Positions 53,121 through 64,000 of a stretch of 64,000 bases of DNA are shown here, in pieces. Under the pieces are notes generated by a model. It was not told the DNA's origin and searched no databases. It worked only from the letters and a program-made list of their open reading frames with translations. The position numbers and the translations under genes were made by a program. Positions within the stretch are counted from its first letter, which is position 1. Every line of letters begins with the position of its first letter. Source of the DNA: Cetorhinus maximus (lineage: Eukaryota); NCBI RefSeq assembly GCF_964194155.1, contig NC_135909.1, positions 19,840,001-19,904,000 on the forward strand. The letters run 5' to 3'.

Positions 53121-53631
53121 TGCCGATTAGGCAGACAATCCAAATGCTAAGAATTCATTACGAGAAAATCTTTTCCATACGCTATCTTTGGTTCCTTTTC
53201 GAATGAATTAAAATCTGCCCTGGTTGGTCACTGACCCTTGAGGCAGTGGGAACAGTTCATCTTTATTAACTTTCTCTAAACCCTCTTGAGAGTTCTGTCT
53301 GTGGAGTGATTAAAAATACCGAAAGCCAGACGTGGGATTTGAACAATGAGGGACTGTAGATCAATGATAAGGGAAGTGATACTTTGATAATCAGATTAGG
53401 AAATAGTTTGAAAATTATGAAATCCGTCCAAACCTGTGCATTGCTGGTTCAGGAGCACAATGCGTCTCTAGGGCGTGGGAAACTCGGATTAGATTCCCGA
53501 AGTTGCCGATTCTGTAACAGCGTCACAGTCCCTAAATTATTTTCTTTTCTTCAGGTTACTTTCAGTTTGCTTTCTGTTTTAGTGCAGTGATCTTGTACTT
53601 AGGGAAATAAATTGATTTCAGCATGATGGGC

Positions 53632-53701
53632 GGATTGGTGATTCAGGGGTAGAATTCTTATTTTTCATCAAAGAAACCTGGGTTCGATTACAGTGAATGC
53701 A
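53632..53701 (+). pseudogene. Degenerate tRNA-Gly-derived pseudogene
   Basis: ATTGGTGATTCAGGGGTAGAATTCT...CCTGGGTTCGATT...AATGCA resembles Gly-GCC; anticodon arm destroyed. Confidence 0.65.
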
Positions 53702-54374
53702 TAACTCAATGTCTTCAATAATGGTTCAAGGATCAAATTTCCGGGACAGATAAATACCCATTTTCTCGCTTATCCATCATATATTTGATGAATACAAGTC
53801 TATAAAACTGAGATTTAAAATTAAAGTGCTGTTTCCCGATGGGATCTCTGAAATTCCCCTTTGCTGAGAGAGATGTTTCCTAATTTCACACCAGAAACGA
53901 CTTGTTTTTTGACTGAGCCCCAAAGCCCCCAGACCCCTCCCCCTCCCCCAATTCCAAAATTCCCGCCATCGCTGAAGTTTCTCTCTCTGACACTATCGCC
54001 TTAACATGTCGCAAACCGCGATCAAATTGTTCATTAATTCGGGAAGAACGGCTTCCTTTGTTCGTGGTTTATATGAAGGGGCTGTTCTGTGGTTTATTTT
54101 CTGGAATTTAGCAGCGGTTGAGGGGAGGCCACGAGGCAGAGAGTGAGAGAGATTCAAAACACTACAGGAGAATGATGAGGAGAGGGTGCGGACAATAGGA
54201 ACTGAGTTCCCGATCTCCCAATCCTTATTTTCCAACGAAGGACACAGAGTCGAACTCAGACCCTGAGGCCATGGATCTGGGATTCAGCGGATCATCCAAA
54301 AATCGAACTGAAAAATATACAGCCACGATATTTATTTACATGGCACTAACATCAGTTCCAGTATTACATTACTT

Positions 54375-54464
54375 GACTGCGTGGCCTAATGGATAAGGCG
54401 TCTGACTTCGATGGTACTTGGTGAGGTTATCAGAAGATTGCAGGTTCGAGTCCTGCCGTGGTCG
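54375..54464 (+). tRNA. tRNA-Arg(TCG) with a 17-nt intron at 37/38
   Basis: GACTGCGTGGCCTAATGGATAAGGCGTCTGACT-TCG-A-[54412-54428]-ATCAGAAGATTGCAGGTTCGAGTCCTGCCGTGGTCG followed by TTTT; 73 nt after intron removal. Confidence 0.92.
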
Positions 54465-54739
54465 TTTTATGTAGAAATCTGTTTAATTTCCTGAAAACCG
54501 CGGTCTCACTCGTCAGCTGAAGTTTCTGCGTTTCCTTCCTAACATGGCAGGGCTCTTTCTCAAAATGTCTGCTCTTGTTAATTTGTGCATTCATTTCTAA
54601 CTGATTTTGTTTAACTGATCACGTTCGTTAAATTATTGATGTGTCCAACTGGAACAAAAGCTGTGCATCAATCGGTTTAATAAAATGCTTTGGGAGAATT
54701 CCAATCTTCTCATGAAGCGGCTCGATCATTAGCTGAATC

Positions 54740-55066
54740 TGCTGTCACTGGACTAACAATACAGAATCTCTGCGGGCACGGGTTTAAATCCCAACAGAGC
54801 AGATTTAAATTAAAATATTTCCTAAATTTGGAATTAAAATCTCGGCTCAGTAATGGCGGCTATGAAACTATCATCGATTGTAGCAAAAACCCAACCGGTT
54901 CACGAATGCCCTTTACGGAAAGAAATCATCCGCCCTTCCCTTACCTGTCCTACATGTGACTCCAGACCCACAGTAATTTGCTTCACTCGTAACTTCCAGG
55001 ATAATGTGAGATGATCAACAAATGCTGGGCTTGCAAAAGACGCCCATAGACTATGAAAAAATAAAC
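54740..55066 (+). mobile_element. tRNA-derived SINE with LINE-derived tail
   Basis: GTCACTGGACTA..GGGTTTAAATCCCA..CCTACATGTGACTCCAGACCCACAG..AAATGCTGGGCTTGC. Confidence 0.7.
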
Positions 55067-55269
55067 AAGTGGGAAACAGACACGACATGACTTTCAGGAT
55101 GTCTACCTTTTCCATTGAAGAATGAAGACTGGAGGCTGGTCTCATACAGGTTTTTAAAATTATGAAAGATTCTGGGAGGCTGAATTTAGGGAAAATGGAG
55201 CAGAGAAGAGTAGATAAGTATGTGTCTCACTCTCACAAACAAGACATAGGCTGACGGGTGGCATACAAC

Positions 55270-56110
55270 GTTATACTAATTAACTGCGCATCGGCAACTC
55301 ATAAGAGCGGTAGATAAATTCCATCCGCAATGTCTCCGCGGCACCCTCCAGATTCCGTGGGAGCACTGCCGAACAAACTGTAGTGTCGTTCTTGAAGGCA
55401 GCTCCACCAGCATTCAGGCCAAACTCCTGAAAAATTAAGATAAAAGCAAAATACTGCGGATGCTGGAAATCTAGAACAAAAACAAAAATACCTGGAATAA
55501 CTCAGCAGGTCTGACAGCATCTGCGGAGAGGAATACAGTTAACGTTTCGAGTCCGTATGACTGTTCAACTGATAAAGAGTCATTCGGACTGGAAACGTTA
55601 ACTGTATTCAGACCTGCTGAGCTTTTTCAGGTACTTTTGTTTTTGTTTCTGAAAAATTAACTTGGATGGACTGCGCACTGTGTCCGGATAATCGAAAAGC
55701 GTCGCATCCGCCAAGTCCTGTTTCCTCAACTCTCAAATGGACAACATGCCAGGGGAGGACAAAAAAATGCTCCAAAGACACTCTGAAACGTTAATTCAAA
55801 CGCTGCAGCATTTATATTAATGACTGCGAGGAACTTGCTTCTCACCATTCAAAATGACCAAAACCTGCCCCCCAAGCTGCAGCGCGCTGTGAGTCCCCAG
55901 GTCTTCATGATGAGGCAGAACGGCGGCTAAGAAGAAGTAACAGGAAGCAAATCTTGCACTCTGGATCTCACTACCTCGTGGGACATCCTGTCCCCATGTG
56001 TCCAAAGGTCTGTAGGCCGAGAATTGACCTGTTCACTCTCATGAAGACCCATGGCAGAAACTCACGGCCCTGAGTGGATGTCATCATCGTATCGAGGGAC
56101 AGACGATAAC
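55270..56110 (+). mobile_element. RTE-clade LINE 3' relic
   Basis: Decayed W-x-x-H-x-x-R...GGQKK...KDTLK segment at ~55660-55790. Confidence 0.55.
55439..55648. mobile_element. Penelope-derived fold-back element with 12-bp TSD
   Basis: CTGAAAAATTAA at 55427-55438 and 55649-55660; inverted halves. Confidence 0.85.
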
Positions 56111-56242
56111 CACTGCTTGTTACATAATACATATAAGAAGAGGTCATCTCCATCCATAGTATTTCTACAACTGTCCCTTCCCGAATAATATGAACAAGTC
56201 TCCTCTGTTGTCTCTGATCTGTCAACTTCACTGTATCAGAAT

Positions 56243-56261
56243 GTGCTGCCATCTACTGGCC
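56243..56261 (-). promoter_or_regulatory. CTCF-like core motif
   Basis: Reverse strand GGCCAGTAGATGGCAGCAC. Confidence 0.6.
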
Positions 56262-56619
56262 GCAACAGAGCGGTAGAAATTCACATTGTCAGTGTCGCGG
56301 AAACAGGTCAATGTGAGGAATTTGTGATGTGATGTGATGGGGCAGACATAGAAATGCAAATATGAAATACAATTTAGGAAACACGATTAATTAATTTATT
56401 CCCATTGAATCGGCAGCAGTTACAGGCCAACTATCGCATGGAACAACTGAGACGATTAGATAAACTGCATTTAAGGGAAGTCTAGATAAGTAAAGGAGGG
56501 AGAATGAATTTCAGGGATAAACAGAGAATGTTACATGAAGTATTCTAGGTGGAGGATCTTGTCGGGCAGTTTACCTGTTAGAACAAATGGCCCAGTTTCA
56601 GTGAGGTATATTCTGGGTT

Positions 56620-56990
56620 GAATGAATCCAGATTTGCAAAGTGTCTCAGGGACTGACAGACACGTAATGAGTCCCACACTCAAACTGTGAACAAAAGACA
56701 GAGAGATCCAGAATGAATCATTAACTCAGGCCTGGCATCAGTGACTGAATGATACACGTTGAATCGCACACTCTCACAGTATTCAATGGACAGAATGATA
56801 CAGAATGATTCATACACACAGGCACATCATCAGAAACTGACAGATCCACGATTAATCCCGAAAACAAATCCTGTCCCATGGACAAGGTGATAAAGAATGA
56901 ATCTACAGAGACCGACAGATGAACAATGAATTCCACACTCAAACCCTGTTCCAGAGACAAAGTGGTCCTGAATGAACCTCACACACATGC
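56620..56990. repeat. ~46-nt repeat array
   Basis: ACTGACAGA..AATGAAT/GT-CCCACACTCA units. Confidence 0.65.
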
Positions 56991-58699
56991 ACATAGAATA
57001 GCTACAACAGAGAAGGGGACTATTCGGCCCTCTGTCCCTCCTGAGATGCTTCAGCAGAAACTCAGCTATCCCAGTCCCCAGCCCTGCCTCCATAGCCATG
57101 TAAACTTTTATCTTCAGGTGGCTGTCCAGTTCCACTATGAAAGCCCCGATTTTATTTTGCCTCTACCACATATCTCAGACAGTGCATTCCAGACCCTCAC
57201 CACTCACCAGGGAAGATGAATCCTCATGTCCACATTGGTTCGTTTAAAACCGGTGCTTTGCACCAATAGAAACTGTTTCTCACTGTCTAATCTGTCTCAA
57301 TCTGTCGCTGCCTCGTCGTCCTGTATTCTCGATCGTCAAGCATTGTTTCTCAGTCTGACCCCATCCCTGCAACTTCGGAAAATCTCTTGGCCAACCCCTG
57401 CTCTTTGTTCGTATGTTCCATCAAATTACTCGATTAATCGGGATGAAGAACTTCCTTAAAGAAGCAGTCATTGGTTTAAATGAAGGGACCGAGCTGTGAT
57501 TTAATTTCTGGAACCAAGTAGGTCCTGGAGGGAGCTCAAGGGCCAACGAGAGTTATAGAGAGCAGAAACATTCAGGGGAATGGTGAGAAGAGAGAGAGCG
57601 AGCAATTGGGGCTGAGTTTCCGATCTCCATTTCTAAAAGACAAGAGGGCCTAACATAAAATTTGAGCTAAACCGATCGAGGGTGATATCAGGAAGGTTTC
57701 TTCACACAAAGGGCCGCGCAAATCTGCAACCCCTCTCCTGCTTTTGAACCTGGGGGTCAATTCGAACATTTAGGAACTGCATCTGTTAGTTTTTGTTTGT
57801 TTGTTTGTACAGTAAGTATTTTAAGGATTATAAAAACACGATAGATGGATGAAGTTCAAATACAGAACAGTCCTGAGCTGAACAGGATTGAGTGGAGAAC
57901 AGTCTCCGTCCGTTCCTATATTCACATCATCCTAATCCTGCACCAAACAAATCATCACCCATTCTATTTTTTCTTAACAGTCAAAGTTAATTTCTCCTCC
58001 CATCTTCATAACGAAAAACGAATTCTGGAGGGAACTGAAACTAGGTGCATTCCTTTGTTGAGAACATTTTCCTCTCACGATTAACGATTTCAGATTGAAT
58101 ACTAGAACCCCATCCACCGGTCAGTTACCAGTAACTGCTACTGACCCACAGAGAATCCTGTCACCCCTGCATTCTCTATATTTCCCCAGCTGCAAATTCT
58201 TCCATCAGCTTTGGGGAATATTTATCCTGAAAAATCAGTCAGATGATGATTTTGTTAAAAATAACCACATCCAATCAACCGGGCTTTTCCCTCTCTGTTA
58301 TCCTCTTTCTCGGTGGCTGCACATCTTACTGATTGGACACAGGAGTTGATCTTTCATCAGTCCAGTGGCGGACAGACCAGCCGAATATTAGAGCAATTTC
58401 TGATATGGTTTAATTTCAAATGCAGTTCATTTATCATTTTGCGAATATATCAAGAGATTCTAACTAGTTCTGTTAAAGCAGAATGACAGTGAGTTTAGTA
58501 AGAAAGGTTTACAAAGTACAGCAATTTCTTTCTGCTCACTGTGCAAACATATAGCGAATTGTTTCAAATTGCAGGAGTGGAAACTTCAGCCCGCAGTCTT
58601 CATGTTAGCAATGACCTGAATTTCACTTTTGTGGGTAGAGGGGTACAGGGAGCGCGGATGTTATTGTGAAAACTGAAGTCACTTTTCCTGTGAATGGAG

Positions 58700-59170
58700 C
58701 CGGTTAAAGAGTTCGGGCCGGCCTGAGGCCGGGGTCAGTGGGTAGCCTGGGGTTAAAACAGGCCCCAGAGACAGGAAATAAGATTTGAAAGAGAGAGGGG
58801 GTGCGGGCGGGGCGGAGCGGGACGGGGAGATGCAGGGAGGGGGAGGGAGAGCCGGGGAGAGAGTTAGGGTGGGAGACAGCGAGGGAGAGAGGGAGGGAGT
58901 TAGAGAAGGGCGGAGCTGCAGGAAGAGAGGCAGCGGGCGGGAGGGAGGGAGGAACTTGAATTTTTTCACCACATTCTGCAACCTCAGGAAGACCAAAAAC
59001 CTCACGGCCAATGGTGCGTGAGCGGAGGTGTGTCTTGGTAAGTGAGATTGCTGCTTGAATGTGCAGAGCAACATCTCACCGCAGCAACCTGATCAATGAC
59101 TGTATAATTTGGTTCAGAGACCCTGTTTGAGGGATTAATATTGATCCCAGGACTCCGGGTAAGTCTCCGC
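58700..59170 (+). promoter_or_regulatory. GC-rich promoter-like region with candidate first-exon donors
   Basis: GGGCGGGGCGG GC boxes ~58805, purine-rich tract, CCAAT ~59009, G|GTAAGT at ~59038 and ~59159. Confidence 0.4.
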
Positions 59171-62100
59171 TTGTCTTGTTGTAAATAGTCTGGTCGGATG
59201 TTCACATCCGTCCGAAAGGGGAAATGGGGCTTCGGTTTAAATTGTGATTTATGAGTGAAATAGTCATGTATCTTTATTGCCCCTCTGTGGGGCATTACAC
59301 AATTTGTGAAACTTATTTGCCTCTTCTAGAATTTCAAGCAGTTGGAAGCACTGAAGAAATCCTGGTTCTATCTTTACTAATTCACCTGAACTGTGATAAT
59401 GAAATATAACATCTTCCAGGCAGTGGAGATATAATATAGGCACCAAAAATACTCACACTCCACAGCGGATGTTGCCTTTTTTCCCTCAGGGAGACTCGGT
59501 TGAAGAGTTTCCCTTTTTTGTTACTCTGAGATTCTCAGTGTTGTAATGCTGTCTGCTTCATTCCTGGGAGACAAGTGGGACTCAGAAATGATCACTCCCT
59601 CCCTGTGTGACTCCGACTGATACAGTTGTTATCATTAAGGTCAGTCAGTCTCTGACCCCTTATCAGGTCCAATATTTGACCCAAAGTTAACTTTTTTTGT
59701 TATCCACACTGGGAATCGAAATTCCTGCTGCACTCTCTATCCCTGCCGTGATAAAAAATCCGGCTCTTTCAACTGTGGGTGTCTATCTCTCATTGTCTGT
59801 GACACCTCTTCAATTAACAATCTACTTCTGCTTCTCCTTACAGAGTGCAATCTCTTCTGTCTTTTTTTCCCTATGCAGTGAACTATGATTCAGTCAGCTG
59901 CTCCCTTGCTTTTTACAATGAGGAGGTTGTGAGTTCAAAACTCATTTCCGAATCCTGACCACAAATTCAGGCTCACGCTCTAGAAAATTCTTTGCTGTTG
60001 CTGGTGCCAGCTTTTAGACGATATGTTGAACTGAGCTGCCATCTGCCTTCTCACGTAAAATATACCAAGGCACAATTTCGGAGAGGGGCGGGGGAGTTAT
60101 TCCATGATGTCGGAGACATTCAAAACAGATCATATTGCCTTCATCACATTGCTGTTCCTGGAAGCTGACTGTGTGCAAATCCTTTGAAAAATTGTTCAAA
60201 AACATGATGACTGAATTCCTGTTAGGAAAACTCAAGTTATTATTGAAAATTCTGCTGAGTGAGCTTCACTGGACAGCAGAGAAAACAAGTGAGGAATTCG
60301 AGTAAATGGACACCAGAGAACAAGTCACCGTCAAAACTGGATCAACTCTTGCGAAGATCAATGAGTAAAAGCGGAGAGTTCCGCGCATCATCAGTTTATT
60401 AACCAGAGACACTCACAGAGTGTTTTGTACAATGTGTCTCTAATGCAAACCTGAAGGAACGAAGCCTTACCAGTTCATGGTGATATTGGGGATGGATATC
60501 CATATATTTAATAAATGAGTAAGAATGAATAAACATAGGACTCCAAATAATGGTTATCTGTGTCTTTGACGTGATGCTCTTCCCGTTATGCTGATAATCT
60601 TGTCCTTCTCGATGGTACATGTATCAGGGAGGACGCTGCTGTCCAAATACGCATAGGAATTAATGCAGGTGTCCTGTAGATCGGACATACTGCAGCTAAT
60701 ATGTATAATCTCCGCAACAATGTTTCCGCCTAAGAGATTTGTTTTGTTATTTTTTTCGATTCAGATCATCTTGGGGTGATTGAGAACAAGGAAAGGACAT
60801 TCGGAACATGGCCTGAAATGGGCTGAGAGAAAGTGGAAATACTCGGCTGGTGTATTTTTGTAGCATTTACTACTTCTGTCCGTGTGAGAATAAAAACGAT
60901 TTGAGAGGTTGGTTGCAGATTGAAGTGTTTACTGCAAGTAAGACGCTGATACAAATTCACTGTACAGAAAAAGCCAGGTATGTTTTTCGGTCGCGGACAG
61001 CTGGTTATTTTTAGTGTGAATAAGATCAAAAATAGCAGAAGATGGTTTGGATCCATCGGCCTCTGTGCTGTGGGCTTCGCTGCACCGCCCTGCGACGGAG
61101 CCGTAATTCCTTCCTGCCGCTGAATACTTTACGGTAGCCAAGCAAATATTGACTTCTTACTAATTTTTAATCAAGAGCACACGTGTTGGGAAGCTCACCC
61201 TGGCTGCGCAATTACACTTCACACCACTCCGAATGCAACAGACAAAGACAGACACACAGAAAAGCAGTAGAGACGATCAGGACACACACAGTGACAGACA
61301 GGAAAAGGTGCTCAAACCAGCAAGATCCCGCCCCCACCCCACAAACTCAACCCCCCACCCCCTCACAGCTGGATGAGGGAAAACAAGCCCAAGAGAGACA
61401 TGGGGACCACCCGCTTTCTCGGCCACTCACTTTAGCCATCACCATCCCAGCGGGACCAACGGAGAGGCGCCACTCCCTGTGGGATAGAAATGGCAGGAAT
61501 TCCCCCAGCTCCAGTAACTGGACCTCCTAATGGATCTGGAAGGGACACCAACTTCCGTCCATCTTAAGAGAGTCACAGCTCCCTGTATGTGAATGTGGAT
61601 TAACCCCTTATATTCCCTCACAGACTCTGTGATCCCCGGGCCCTTGTGAATTCCGAAAAAAAAAAAGCTAAGAAGACCTGAGAGCTGAGCAGGCGGGAGG
61701 GGGGATGGGAGTGGGGCGCGGGACTGGGGACAGAGAGGGAGGTGCGGAGGGTGGGGGTGGTGGATGGTGTGTGGTGGTGGGGGTTGAAAGCCATGGCGCA
61801 GAGTGATGAGTGTGAAAACAGCCGACTTTAAAGGCCACAGGAAAGCGGTGCCTGGAGCTGCCCCGAGAGACAAGCTTTGGGTTGTCAGTAAAAAGATCTC
61901 CTGTAATGAAGGCACAAAATCAGAAACAGGAAATGCGGGGAATATTCAGCAGATCCGAAAGCAGCTGTGGAGAGATATTCCTGTCGCCAGGATGTAACTC
62001 TCCAATTGGATACTTCACCTCGCTCAGATCTTACACTCTCAACACCTTCGTGTGAGGAACAGGTCGGGCGGGAATTGGGTCTTTGTTGATTTGAGCAAAC

Positions 62101-62270
62101 AGAGCAATGCAGCAATGAGAAGCTCCTCACCCCCCGGCGGCTTGGGGAAGGATGGGACTCAGATACAGGAACCTGACAGGTGCTGAAAAAAGGAAAATCA
62201 CATCGCGTGTTTTAAAGCAGTGACGATGAATGTGAAGTTCAAAATCATTTACGCAGAGGAGCGTAGCAGA

Positions 62271-62354
62271 GTCAGGATGGCCGAGCGGTCTAAGGCGCTG
62301 CGTTCAGGTCGCAGTCTCCTCTGGAGGCGTGGGTTCGAATCCCACTCCTAAACA
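62271..62354 (+). tRNA. tRNA-Leu(CAG), 3' acceptor strand altered
   Basis: GTCAGGATGGCCGAGCGGTCTAAGGCGCTGCGTT-CAG-GTCGCAG...GGTTCGAATCCCACTCCTAAACA (consensus TCCTGACA); T-run downstream. Confidence 0.9.
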
Positions 62355-62369
62355 TTATTTTTTCCTTCA

Positions 62370-62620
62370 GCACCTTCCAAACCCGAGACCTCCACCACTT
62401 GGAAGGAAAAAGGCAGCAAATGTATGAGAACAGCAGGAAGCTCCCCTCCGAGCTACACACCACCCTGACTTGGAACTGAATCGCCCTTTTAAATCCTGGA
62501 ACTCCCTTCCTAACAGCGCTGTGGACGGTCTTACACAATATGGGCTGCAGCAGTTCATGAAGGCAGCTCACTGCCAGTTTCTCAAGGGGAATTGCGGTCG
62601 GCCGAGCCAGACTCGAGGCA
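62370..62620 (+). mobile_element. CR1/L2-group LINE 3' end
   Basis: CACCTTCCAAACCCG..AATCCTGGAACTCCCTTCCTAACAGC..GGCAGCTCAC. Confidence 0.75.
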
Positions 62621-62656
62621 ACCGGATCCCCTGAAAACAGCTCATAAAGTAAACTG

Positions 62657-63575
62657 GATACAAAAGCAACATACTGCGAATGCTGAAAATCAGAAATAGT
62701 AACAATCAGAAAGTGCTGGGAATACACAACAATTATACAGCATCTGTGGAGAGAAATTTAGAACTAGCATTTCAGGCCGGTGAGATCATCATTTCCTTCT
62801 CTCTCAGTGTGAAATCCTTGACTCAGTCAATATCCCCTCCCCTTTTAATGACACCTTCCTATCCAAAGCCTCAAATACGCCTTCCAAGTGAAACAGTGAT
62901 GCACTTGTTCTTCTTTCAGTTTAATGTGCTGCATTTGCTGCCGCAATATGTTCTCATCTGCTTCAGGTGAGTGAGCGCTTTGAGGAATCTCCATTCAATC
63001 CGCAAGCCTGACTCTGAGCTTCCTGTCACTTGTCATTTCAATTCTCCACCTTGCTCCCACTCTGACCTTTCTGTCCTTGGTCTGCTGCAGTGTTCCAGTG
63101 AAGAATAACATAAGCTCGAGGAAGAACACCTCACCCTGCACATTTCTGGCCTCAACGTCGAGTTCAAAATTTTTAAATTATAAACTCAGCCTCCCTCTTG
63201 TTTCATGTGTTTCTTTCAGGATTATCATTTTATTTTCTGTTTCTTATTTAATTCCTTCACTTTGCAATTGGGCGGCTGATCTTTAGCCATTCTCACCTCA
63301 TCTGGACCCACATTTTGTTTTTTGCCTGTTCCAGTCCTTTGGCTTTGGCGCCGTGAAACCTTTTGTAATTGAATCTCTCCGGGCCCCCAAACCATTACAA
63401 ACCTGCGCTTTTGTTCAACCTCTTCCCAGAGCCCGGACTGGTCCCTTGCTCCAAGCCTATTACATTCCTATATTCCCTCAGTTCAGATGAAGGGCCACCA
63501 ACCTGAAACATTAATTCCTTTTCTCTCCACAGTTGCTGCTGAGTATTATCAGCATTTTCCGTTTTTATATTATAG
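62657..63575. mobile_element. Penelope-type repeat with inverted family termini
   Basis: Family terminus at 62657-62780 and inverted terminus with CAGATGA...GAAAC at ~63480-63570. Confidence 0.55.
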
Positions 63576-64000
63576 CCTGTTCATTGACTGATAACACATC
63601 CCTTTTAAGCAAAGCGTCAATTATCTGGAATTCGTAACAAGCCACTTTTAAACAGACAGAGTCATATTTACACAGTTTCGATTCCCTGACAAAATACAGA
63701 ATTTTACCGATTCCATTCTGTGCCTACGGGATCAATTCCCATGCCGGCTTCTCACACCCTTCCTGCTCTACAGAATGTAGGACTGATTTCTATCCATAAA
63801 TCATAGAATGCTAAAGGACAGAAGGAGCTCATTCCGCCTGCGTTGGTTCTTTGGTTGAGCGATATAATTACTCCGAGATCCGGGATCTGACCCCATTGCC
63901 CTGTATTACCTTCTTTCAAGTGTTTTTTTCCCTCCAACTCTCTTTTGAAAGTTAATCATTTATCTGCTTCCATCACTCCCCAGGTAGCTTCCATTTCACA

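Noticed and set aside
61040-61140. GC-rich segment considered as an snRNA (U2 or U7)
   Set aside because: No convincing match to snRNA sequence or an Sm site by eye
61803-61997. Short ORF after a G-rich stretch (MMSVKTADFKGHRKAV...)
   Set aside because: No recognisable homology; its 3' part runs into a repeat-family terminus

Overview
Vertebrate genomic DNA, most likely a cartilaginous fish (inferred from the CR1, Penelope and SINE repeat families and the histone subtypes). The first ~21 kb holds nine intact replication-dependent histone genes, each with a 3' stem-loop and downstream element, arranged as a large imperfect inverted duplication: H1> H4> H3> <H2A <H2B ... H2B> H2A> <H3 <H4. The rest is repeat-rich (CR1, RTE and Penelope-like relics, solo LTRs, SINEs, a ~46-nt degenerate tandem repeat) with dispersed tRNA genes and pseudogenes. 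Three tRNA genes carry introns at the canonical 37/38 site, and two of them (Pro-CGG, Arg-TCG) are isotypes that are intronless in well-studied vertebrates. Other points of interest: Penelope-derived fold-back elements with hammerhead-ribozyme-like cores and target-site duplications (TSDs), an H2A K15R variant, a putative spliced non-coding transcript built from duplicated exon cassettes, and duplicated CTCF-like sites. Repeat boundaries were read by eye and are approximate.
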